DNA of 64,000 nucleotides from Clostridia bacterium (GTDB lineage Bacteria; Bacillota; Clostridia; TANB77; CAG-508): NCBI GenBank assembly GCA_022797635.1, contig JAAWKZ010000001.1, positions 98,702 to 162,701 of the forward strand, read 5' to 3'. Shown piece by piece: positions 40,304 to 48,200 of this stretch (position 1 is its first letter; each line of letters starts with the position of its first letter). The notes under the pieces were generated by a model. It saw only the letters and a program-made list of their open reading frames with translations, ran no database searches and was not told where the DNA came from. The position numbers and the translations under genes were made by a program.

Positions 40304-40873
40304 TTACTCCTTGCAATACTCATTTATTTTATCTTCATCTTCTCTCATAGCTAAAATAGTTTTCTCAAATAAAGTATCTAATTCCCAATCTAGCATCTCT
40401 GCACCTTGTTTAATAACATCTCTTGAGCAACCTGCTGCAAACTTTTTGTCCTTAAATTTCTTCTTTAAGCTAGATACTTCCATATCCTTTGTACTCTTAG
40501 AAGGTCTCATTTTAGTTGCAGCCCAAATTAAACCTGTTAATTCATCTGTTGCAAATAAAATCTTTTCCATGATATGTTCTGGTTTAATATCAGAACATAA
40601 TCCATAACCATGGCTACAAATAGAATGAATCATTTTGTCTTCCACGCCATTTTCTTTTAATAATTCCACGCACTTGATACAATGTTCTTCTGGGTACATT
40701 TCAAAATCTATATCGTGCAATAATCCTACTGTTCCCCAATATTCTACATCTTCATTCATTTCTTTTGCAAAATATCTCATTACTCCTTCTACAGTTAAAG
40801 CGTGTCTAATATGAAATTCTTCTTTATTATATTTCTTTAATATTTCTAAAGCTGTTTCTCTATTCATTTCCAT
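40304..40873 (-). CDS. HD-domain hydrolase
   Basis: 189 aa with H...LLHDIDFE...H motifs. Confidence 0.7.
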   Translation of the reverse strand: MEMNRETALEILKKYNKEEFHIRHALTVEGVMRYFAKEMNEDVEYWGTVGLLHDIDFEMYPEEHCIKCVELLKENGVEDKMIHSICSHGYGLCSDIKPEHIMEKILFATDELTGLIWAATKMRPSKSTKDMEVSSLKKKFKDKKFAAGCSRDVIKQGAEMLDWELDTLFEKTILAMREDEDKINEYCKE

Positions 40874-41282
40874 TTCCTCCTATTTTTTTAAATTCTTCTA
40901 CTTGGCGAACCATATGTCCAATATTACCTTCTCCTGCAAATTTATTGTAATCAAAGAAATTTTCTTTCTTATCCATCCATTGTAAATGATTTACTTCTTC
41001 TACTAAAGTCACTTCTTTATTTAGTTTTCCATAAAAGACTTCTAATTCCATATCATTAAATGGATATTGAAAATTCATTAAATGAGAAAGTGAAATATCT
41101 TGGTTCGTAATTCCTGTTTCCTCTTGTAGTTCTCTATATGCTGCATGCAATTCTTCTTCATTTTGTTCTACTTTTCCACCAACTAAGTTAAACTTCCCTT
41201 TAAAAGGCTCTTTTGCTCTTTGGCACATCAATATCTTATCTTCGTCTTGGTTGTATACTAATATTAAATTTAATTTCTTCAT
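40860..41282 (-). CDS. NUDIX hydrolase
   Basis: Nudix box GGKVEQNEEELHAAYRELQEETG. Confidence 0.8.
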   Translation of the reverse strand: MKKLNLILVYNQDEDKILMCQRAKEPFKGKFNLVGGKVEQNEEELHAAYRELQEETGITNQDISLSHLMNFQYPFNDMELEVFYGKLNKEVTLVEEVNHLQWMDKKENFFDYNKFAGEGNIGHMVRQVEEFKKIGGNGNE

Positions 41283-41433
41283 AGATTGCTCCTCCTAAAG
41301 TTCAAATTGATAGTCACATTATATCACAAGTTTTGCAAAATTGTCTATTTTTATCATTTATTGTGTAGATTACTTTTATTTTGTAAAAATTAACGATATA
41401 ATAAAATCAAATATTAATAGGAGAAATAAATTT

Positions 41434-42137
41434 ATGAATAAATCACACAAAACATTGTTCATTTTCTTAATATTACTACTTTTATCTTATAACTTATCTG
41501 AGTCTTTTCTTACTATTTATTGTCATACTTTTTGCAAAGAGACAATAGAAATTATTGTAATAAGAGCCATTCCATTATTAATACTGCTACTAATATTCGT
41601 TTTTCTAAAAAACTATCTATCAATTACTTATGCTTATTCATTAGTATTATAGTTTTTCTCATTGCAAGAACACATATACTTTTTTATCTTTATCTATTAA
41701 TAGACCATGTTGACAATTCTTTTCTACTGATCATGTATATTACCTCAGCAATTTTTATGGTATTAGCATTTTTAAGAAACTTTAAAATGAAAGAAGGTAA
41801 CATTGTTTTTCTATTTTTAATAGTACCTATATTTCTAATTCTGCAACTAATATTTGAAATAAAAACTTTTGGTATATCTTCTCCTTATTCTTATACTAAC
41901 CCTAATAGATATGAATTTGTAAAATACCACTATTTTTCTGCAAAAGAATTTTCTTATTTACCAGATAGAATACCAAAAGATGCTACTAATATCATTTTTC
42001 ATTATAATTCCTATTCTTTATTCTCTCAAGATGAAGATTTATATTTAGAATATGATTCCCCTTCTATTCCAAATAATGAACATCATATTAAATGTGAAAT
42101 CACAATTCCTTCTAAAAATAAAAGTGAAGTAGAGTAA
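41434..42137 (+). CDS. hypothetical polytopic membrane protein. It appears split over two frames around a T5/A6 homopolymer pair (41600-41612).
   Basis: The ATG at 41434 follows AGGAG (MNKSHKTLFIFLILLLL...). The first frame stops at 41652, and the second frame (track ORF 41520-42137) continues as hydrophobic sequence. Confidence 0.4.
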
Positions 42138-42161
42138 TAATTTACTCTGCTTCACTTTTTC
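42123..42161 (+). terminator. terminator hairpin overlapping the stop of the 41434-42137 gene
   Basis: The stem AGTGAAGTAGAGTAA / TTACTCTGCTTCACT has one G-T pair and is followed by TTTTT. Confidence 0.6.
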
Positions 42162-42488
42162 TAATCGATATATTCAATTTTAGCTTTCTCTTTCAAGTGT
42201 TCTTTATATTCAGCTATTATTTCAAATAGTACTTTAATCCTTTGAGAATTATTCTCAGTTCTTCTATATTATTGACACTTTTTATTAAACTCTTCCTTCA
42301 TATATCTCTACTGTTTCTCCTACTCACATCATTTCTTCTTGATTTACCTTACTCGTATCACATTCTACACTTTTAGATTTGCTAATTCCTATACAGAAAT
42401 ATGACAAACCCATAAATAAAGCTGTTACTATAACAAATAAAAAAACTTTTTAGTACAACATTCTCCTCTTAATTTTAATTTCTCCTCA

Positions 42489-44492
42489 CTATAAAATTGA
42501 CATTTCTTTTTCTTTAACCATTTCACAAATCAATTCTGCTGATTTTTCTACACCTAGTTTATCACTATTAATGCAAATATCATAATTACTATAATCTTTC
42601 CATTCTTTTTCTGTGTAGTGCTTATAATGATTGCTTCTTAATTTATCAATTCTCTTAATTTCTTTTTCAGCTTTTATCTTATCAAATCCATAAATTTCAG
42701 TTGCTCTTTTCACTTTATCTTCCATATTGCTATAAATAAAGACCTTTAATACATCTTTTCTATCTTTTAAAATAAAGTCTGCACATCTACCAATAATGAC
42801 ACTTGACTCCTTATCAGCTAACTCTTTAATTAACTCTGACTCTTTTAAAAACAAATCATCACTATTATTTAACCCTATATAATATCCATTATTAAAGTTG
42901 CTGAACCTACCCATTTTTTGCTCATTTTCTTCAATATATTCTTCAGATAGTCCTGTTTCTTGTGCCAATTTTTCTATGAAATCTTTATCATAAAATTTAA
43001 TTCCCAATTTGTCAGCAATTAGTCTTCCAACATATCTTCCACCTGAACCATATTCTCTAGCAATTGTAATAACAACATGATGATTTAATTGATTATTTGT
43101 GCTAGTATCATCTATTAAAGCCTTGCTTTCCACTTTCTTTTTACCTAATTTTCTTAGTTCTAAAATTAGTAATGTGACAGCAATCACAAATGCCAATCCA
43201 TCTGCTACTGGTCCTGAGTATAATAATCCTTTAAGTCCAAAAGCTTTTCCTAAAATAATCATAGCTGGAATTAAGAATAGCACTTGTCTTGATAGTGATA
43301 AAATTGCACTTTTGACACTTTTTCCAATCGCTTGAAAGAAAATACCTGCTGGTATTTGAATTCCATTGCAAATACATAATAACAAATAAGTTCTAAATGC
43401 AATACATGCAAATTCCATGTAATTTTCATCTCCACTACCAAAAATAGAGATTAATTGTTCTGGAATTGCTTGGAATAAAACAAATGCTATAGTACTAATT
43501 ACTAAGCTACACCCTAAAACTGCTTTTAAAGTTTTCTTTACTCTATCATATTTTCCAGCACCATAGTTGTATCCAATGATTGGCTGTGAACCTGCTGCAA
43601 TTCCAATGATAATACTATTTAAAATTTGGCTAATTTTCATAACAATTCCAAATACCGTAATAGGTATTTCAGAACCAAATTTAGATTCAGCACCATATTG
43701 ACCTAACAAATTGTTTTCAAATGCCATAACTACTACAATACTCATTTGAGTAATAAAACTGCTAATTCCTAATGTAGATACTCTTTTAATGCTATTAAGT
43801 TGTGGCTTAAAAGTTTCTCTTTTTACTTGAATAGATTGAAATTTCCTAATATATAGAATATTCATTCCAAAAGTTAAAATTTGGCTAATAACTGTTGCTA
43901 TTGCTGCTCCTTGTACTCCCATTTTAAATACAAAAATAAAAATGGGATCTAAAATAACATTTAAAACTGCTCCTAGTACCATTGAAGTCATAGCATATTT
44001 AGGATTTCCATCTGCTCTAATAATAGAATTTAGAGTTGTTCCTATCATCATAAAAGGTAAACCTATGGCAATAATGTAACCATAATTTAAGGCATATTCT
44101 CTTAAATTATCAGTACAACCAAAAATGTTTAATAATTGTGGTAAAAAGATTAAAGTAATCATGCAAATTAATACTGCTACAATAATAGACAGTAAAATAC
44201 CATTTGCAACACCCTTACTAGCTTCTTCTTTTTTCTTTTCTCCTAGCTTTAAGCTTAAATAAGCAGATGCTCCGTCTCCAAACATAAGTGAAAATGCTAA
44301 GCAAACCATTGTTAATGGAAATACTACATTAGTAGCTCCATTACCTAAATATCCAACACCCCAACCAATAAATATTTGATCTACAATGTTATACAATGAA
44401 TTTACTAATAGAGAAATAATACAAGGTATCGAGAATTTCTTGATTAATTTTCCTATTTTTTCTGTTCCTAAAATATTTTCTTCTTTTTCCAT
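42489..44492 (-). CDS. MATE-family efflux transporter fused to a C-terminal cytidylate-kinase-like (PF13189-type) domain
   Basis: 667 aa. The N-terminal ~450 aa form a 12-TM MATE domain (NSLYNIVDQIFIG). The C-terminus has ITIAREYGSGGRYVGRLIADKLGIKFYDKD. Confidence 0.75.
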   Translation of the reverse strand: MEKEENILGTEKIGKLIKKFSIPCIISLLVNSLYNIVDQIFIGWGVGYLGNGATNVVFPLTMVCLAFSLMFGDGASAYLSLKLGEKKKEEASKGVANGILLSIIVAVLICMITLIFLPQLLNIFGCTDNLREYALNYGYIIAIGLPFMMIGTTLNSIIRADGNPKYAMTSMVLGAVLNVILDPIFIFVFKMGVQGAAIATVISQILTFGMNILYIRKFQSIQVKRETFKPQLNSIKRVSTLGISSFITQMSIVVVMAFENNLLGQYGAESKFGSEIPITVFGIVMKISQILNSIIIGIAAGSQPIIGYNYGAGKYDRVKKTLKAVLGCSLVISTIAFVLFQAIPEQLISIFGSGDENYMEFACIAFRTYLLLCICNGIQIPAGIFFQAIGKSVKSAILSLSRQVLFLIPAMIILGKAFGLKGLLYSGPVADGLAFVIAVTLLILELRKLGKKKVESKALIDDTSTNNQLNHHVVITIAREYGSGGRYVGRLIADKLGIKFYDKDFIEKLAQETGLSEEYIEENEQKMGRFSNFNNGYYIGLNNSDDLFLKESELIKELADKESSVIIGRCADFILKDRKDVLKVFIYSNMEDKVKRATEIYGFDKIKAEKEIKRIDKLRSNHYKHYTEKEWKDYSNYDICINSDKLGVEKSAELICEMVKEKEMSIL

Positions 44493-44575
44493 TTGTTCCT
44501 CCTTCTTTTTCTACTATGTATAAGTGTATGTAAACTCTGTTTATTATAAACAATTAGCTAAATTTTAGGTCACAT

Positions 44576-44605
44576 AAAAACACCTATTTTTACAGGTGTT
44601 TTTTT
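44576..44605 (-). terminator. terminator after rpmF (bidirectional shape)
   Basis: AAAAACACCT-atttttac-AGGTGTTTTTTT. Confidence 0.7.
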
Positions 44606-44663
44606 GCTACATTACAATTAATTTATAATCTTCATTTTGCAAAATATATATGAGATCTAGCCA

Positions 44664-44846
44664 TTAGTTTTCGGATTTTGCAACTACTTCTTTTCCATCA
44701 TAATATCCACAATTTGGGCATACTCTATGTTGTAATACTTTTTCGTGGCAATGTGGACAATCAACTAAATTTTGATTTTCTAATTTCCATGTAGATCTTT
44801 TTAAATGTGTTCTTGCTTTTGACCATCTTCTTTTTGGTTGTGCCAT
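44664..44846 (-). CDS. rpmF: 50S ribosomal protein L32
   Basis: 60 aa starting MAQPKRRWSKARTHLKRS, with a CxxC...CxxC zinc ribbon. Confidence 0.95.
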   Translation of the reverse strand: MAQPKRRWSKARTHLKRSTWKLENQNLVDCPHCHEKVLQHRVCPNCGYYDGKEVVAKSEN

Positions 44847-44919
44847 TTTAATTCCCTCCCTTGACTGTCATACTTTGTATCTATATTTTAATTTGTTACA
44901 TAAAATTTTGTACTATAAG

Positions 44920-44948
44920 ATTATACTAGTTTTTATTTTATTTGTCAA
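44920..44948 (-). promoter_or_regulatory. consensus sigma-A promoter upstream of rpmF
   Basis: Minus strand reads TTGACA (44943-44948), an exact 17-nt spacer, then TATAAT (44920-44925). Confidence 0.75.
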
Positions 44949-45042
44949 CCGCTTTTTCCTATTTTCAAGATATTTTTATTCTATTCTTCAAATACAATTA
45001 CAAATACATCATAAAAATAAATTACTTTTAATTCTCCGCAAC

Positions 45043-45071
45043 TTGACATTTTCTCTATTTTATGTTAAGCT
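45043..45071 (+). promoter_or_regulatory. candidate promoter of the GC-rich island
   Basis: TTGACA (45043-45048), a 17-nt spacer ending in TGT (extended -10), then TAAGCT (45066-45071). Confidence 0.5.
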
Positions 45072-45172
45072 TAATAAGATCTTTATTGATTAAGGGTGCA
45101 TTAGATTATGTGTATCCAAACATAATCGGAACTGCAATCCTAGCAAACCATAAAACTTTGGAGGTAAACACA

Positions 45173-45370
45173 ATGAGTAAACGGCATCATCCAGCACAAG
45201 TTGCTAAAGTACAGAGGGTCTTAAGCGGTAAACGCGATTCTCTTCTTGTCACCGCTTATCTGTCTGAAGCCAGACATTTGGAAAAATGCTATCCCGTGGA
45301 ACTGTTTTTCCAGGGCTATATCCGTGGAGTTCCCGGATTGTGTCGGTTTCAAATAGTTAAGAAGGCCTAA
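45173..45370 (+). CDS. candidate 65-aa small ORF inside the GC-rich island (MSKRHHPAQVAKVQRVLSGKRDSLL...)
   Basis: GGAGG at 45160-45164 lies 8 nt before the ATG. Codon usage is atypical, and it includes two in-frame CGG codons (45182-45184 and 45344-45346). Confidence 0.25.
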   Translation: MSKRHHPAQVAKVQRVLSGKRDSLLVTAYLSEARHLEKCYPVELFFQGYIRGVPGLCRFQIVKKA

Positions 45371-45393
45371 GCAAAGGTTGCATTCTGAAACAC

Positions 45394-45440
45394 AAAGCAG
45401 GGCGTTCCCTTCCGGGAGTGCCCTGCTTTACTTTTTTTCA
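45394..45440. terminator. bidirectional GC-rich terminator shared by the island (+) and ppdK (-)
   Basis: The stem AAAGCAGGGC...GCCCTGCTTT is followed by T-runs on both strands. Confidence 0.8.
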
Positions 45441-45445
45441 TTTTT

Positions 45446-48070
45446 TTATCTAGGTTGTTTAATTGCTGCTTGAGCTGCTGCTAATCTTGCAATTGGAACT
45501 CTGAATGGTGAGCAAGATACGTAAGTTAAACCAACATTATGGCAGAACTCAACTGTTGGTGGGTTTCCACCATGCTCTCCACAAATTCCCAAATGAATAT
45601 CAGGTCTTGTAGCTTTTCCCATTTTGACAGCCATTTCAACTAATTTTCCAACACCAGTTTGGTCTAGTTTAGCAAATGGATCTGATTCATAGATCTTCTT
45701 TTCATAGTAAGAACCTAAGAATTTTCCTGCATCATCACGGCTAAATCCAAATGTCATTTGTGTCAAGTCGTTTGTACCAAATGAGAAGAATTCAGCTTCT
45801 TTAGCGATCTCATCAGCTGTTAATGCTGCTCTAGGAATTTCAATCATAGTTCCTACTTCATATTTCATTGTTACACCAGCATTTGCAATTTCTTCATCTG
45901 CTGCTTTTACAATAATATCTTTTACATATTTTAATTCTTTTACTTCACCTACTAATGGAATCATAATTTCAGGAACAATATTCATTCCTTCTTTATTTAC
46001 ATTAATAGCTGCTCTAATAATTGCTCTTGTTTGCATTGCACCAATTTCTGGATAAGTAACATCTAGACGGCATCCTCTGTGTCCCATCATTGGGTTAAAT
46101 TCGTGTAAGCTTACTACAACATCTTTTAATTCTTGGAAAGTCATTCCCATTTCTTTTGCTAATGCTGTTATTTCTTCGTCTGTATGTGGCAAGAATTCAT
46201 GTAGTGGTGGATCTAATAGACGGATTGTTACTGGGTAACCTTTCATTGCTTTGAATAATCCTTCAAAGTCTCCTTGTTGCATTGGAAGAATTTTAGCCAA
46301 AGCTTTTTCTCTTTGTTCTGCTGTTTTAGAAACAATCATTTCGCGGATTGCTGCAATTCTTTCTGGAGCAAAGAACATATGCTCTGTACGGCATAATCCA
46401 ATACCTTGTGCGCCAAAGTTGTATGCAACTTCTGCATCTTTTGGAGTATCAGCATTTGTTCTAACTTCCATTTGACGATATTGATCAGCCCACCCCATTA
46501 ATTTTGCAAAGTCTCCTGATACAGATGCTTCTACTGTATCAATTTTTTCTCCATATACATTTCCTGTTGATCCATCTAATGAAATGTAATCTCCTTCATG
46601 ATATACATTTCCTTGTGGGTCTCTAAAGTTTCCTTCTTCTTCATTAACAACTAATTCTCCACAACCAGCTACACAGCATGTACCCATACCACGTGCAACT
46701 ACCGCTGCGTGTGATGTCATACCACCACGAACAGTTAAAATACCATGGCATACATTCATTCCATCGATATCTTCTGGAGATGTTTCAAGTCTTACTAAGA
46801 TTAAATCTTTATCTCCTTTTTCAAATAGTTCAACTGCTCTATCAGCTGTAAATACAACTTTACCTGTTGCGGCACCTGGTGAAGCAGCTAGTCCTTTTGC
46901 AACTGGCTTAGCAGCTTTTAATTTAGCTTGATCAAAATTTGGATGTAATAATTGGTCTAATTGATTTGGCTCTACTCTTAAAACAGCCTCTTTTTCATCA
47001 ATCATTCCTTCATTTACTAATTCTACAGCTATTCTAAGTGCAGCATTTGCAGTTCTTTTGCCATTTCTTGTTTGTAAGAAGAATAATTTTCCTCTTTCAA
47101 TAGTAAATTCCATATCTTGCATATCTCTATAGTGATTTTCTAATAAGTTAGCATATTTTACAAAATCAGCATATGCTGCTGCATTTGTTTGCTCTAATGT
47201 AGCAATAGGTTGTGGTGTTCTAATACCTGCAACAACGTCTTCACCTTGTGCATTCATTAAATATTCACCAAATAGAGCTTTTTCTCCTGTTGCTGGGTTA
47301 CGTGTAAATGCAACACCAGTTCCACAGTCATCTCCCATATTTCCGAAAACCATTTCTTGAACGTTAACAGCTGTTCCCCAGCTTCCAGGGATATCATTTA
47401 ATCTTCTATATGTGATAGCTCTTGGGTTATTCCATGAACGGAATACTGCCTTTACAGCTTCTTTTAATTGTTCTGTTGGATTACTTGGGAATTCACTTCC
47501 ATGTTCTTTTAAGTAGATTCCTTTAAAGATTGTTACTAATTCTTTTAAATCTGCTGCTGTTAATTCTGTATCTTGTTTTACGCCTCTTTTTTCTTTCATA
47601 GCGTCGATTTCTTTTTCAAATAGTGGCTTTGGTATTTCCATAACAACATCACTAAACATTTGAATAAATCTTCTGTAACTATCATAAGCAAATCTTTCAT
47701 TTTTTTGCGCCATACTTGCTGCAACTTCTTCATTTAAACCTAAGTTTAAGATAGTGTCCATCATTCCTGGCATTGAAGCTCTTGCTCCTGAACGTACTGA
47801 TACTAATAATGGGTTTTCTACATCTCCGAATTTTTTACCTGTAATCTCTTCTAATTTTGAAAGAGCTGCAAAAATTTCATCTTCGATTTCTTTTGCAATT
47901 TTTTCTCCATCTTCGTAATATCTTGTGCAAGCCTCTGTTGTTACTGTAAAACCTTGTGGAATTGGTAAACCTAAGTTAGTCATTTCTGCAAGGTTTGCTC
48001 CTTTTCCTCCTAAAAGTTCACGCATGTTTGCGTTTCCTTCTTTGAATAAGTAAACATACTTTTGACTCAT
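45446..48070 (-). CDS. ppdK: pyruvate, phosphate dikinase
   Basis: 874 aa starting MSQKYVYLFKEGNANMRELLGGKGANLAEM. It has the phosphohistidine region GGMTSHAAVVARG and the PEP-utilising C-terminus. Confidence 0.95.
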   Translation of the reverse strand: MSQKYVYLFKEGNANMRELLGGKGANLAEMTNLGLPIPQGFTVTTEACTRYYEDGEKIAKEIEDEIFAALSKLEEITGKKFGDVENPLLVSVRSGARASMPGMMDTILNLGLNEEVAASMAQKNERFAYDSYRRFIQMFSDVVMEIPKPLFEKEIDAMKEKRGVKQDTELTAADLKELVTIFKGIYLKEHGSEFPSNPTEQLKEAVKAVFRSWNNPRAITYRRLNDIPGSWGTAVNVQEMVFGNMGDDCGTGVAFTRNPATGEKALFGEYLMNAQGEDVVAGIRTPQPIATLEQTNAAAYADFVKYANLLENHYRDMQDMEFTIERGKLFFLQTRNGKRTANAALRIAVELVNEGMIDEKEAVLRVEPNQLDQLLHPNFDQAKLKAAKPVAKGLAASPGAATGKVVFTADRAVELFEKGDKDLILVRLETSPEDIDGMNVCHGILTVRGGMTSHAAVVARGMGTCCVAGCGELVVNEEEGNFRDPQGNVYHEGDYISLDGSTGNVYGEKIDTVEASVSGDFAKLMGWADQYRQMEVRTNADTPKDAEVAYNFGAQGIGLCRTEHMFFAPERIAAIREMIVSKTAEQREKALAKILPMQQGDFEGLFKAMKGYPVTIRLLDPPLHEFLPHTDEEITALAKEMGMTFQELKDVVVSLHEFNPMMGHRGCRLDVTYPEIGAMQTRAIIRAAINVNKEGMNIVPEIMIPLVGEVKELKYVKDIIVKAADEEIANAGVTMKYEVGTMIEIPRAALTADEIAKEAEFFSFGTNDLTQMTFGFSRDDAGKFLGSYYEKKIYESDPFAKLDQTGVGKLVEMAVKMGKATRPDIHLGICGEHGGNPPTVEFCHNVGLTYVSCSPFRVPIARLAAAQAAIKQPR

Positions 48071-48200
48071 AAAGAACCTCCTTTAAAATTGTTTATATTA
48101 TTTAATAATAATATACCTTTTTAGTTACTAGGACTAGTTTACCCTAGAACTTTCCTTATTATATCTATAAACCCCAAAAAAGTAAAGTATTTTTCCAAAA

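Larger units (their letters stand above)
45075..45440 (+). ncRNA. GC-rich ~370-nt transcription unit: candidate structured RNA (family not recognised) or carrier of a 65-codon small ORF
   Basis: It is visibly much more GC-rich than its flanks. It has its own promoter and a strong terminator. Perfect local helices are present (GATTATGT/ACATAATC at 45104-45127, and AAGCGGT/ACCGCTT). Confidence 0.35.

Noticed and set aside
39990-40607. 205-aa plus-strand ORF antisense to mscL and the HD-domain gene
   Set aside because: It is an S/F/I-rich low-complexity sequence that spans two well-supported minus-strand genes. This is typical of an antisense shadow ORF in AT-rich DNA.
45062-45370. The full 102-aa version of the ORF in the GC-rich island
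   Set aside because: The first 37 codons have no RBS and overlap the predicted promoter/5' UTR. If anything is translated, it is the 65-codon version behind GGAGG. The whole locus may be non-coding.
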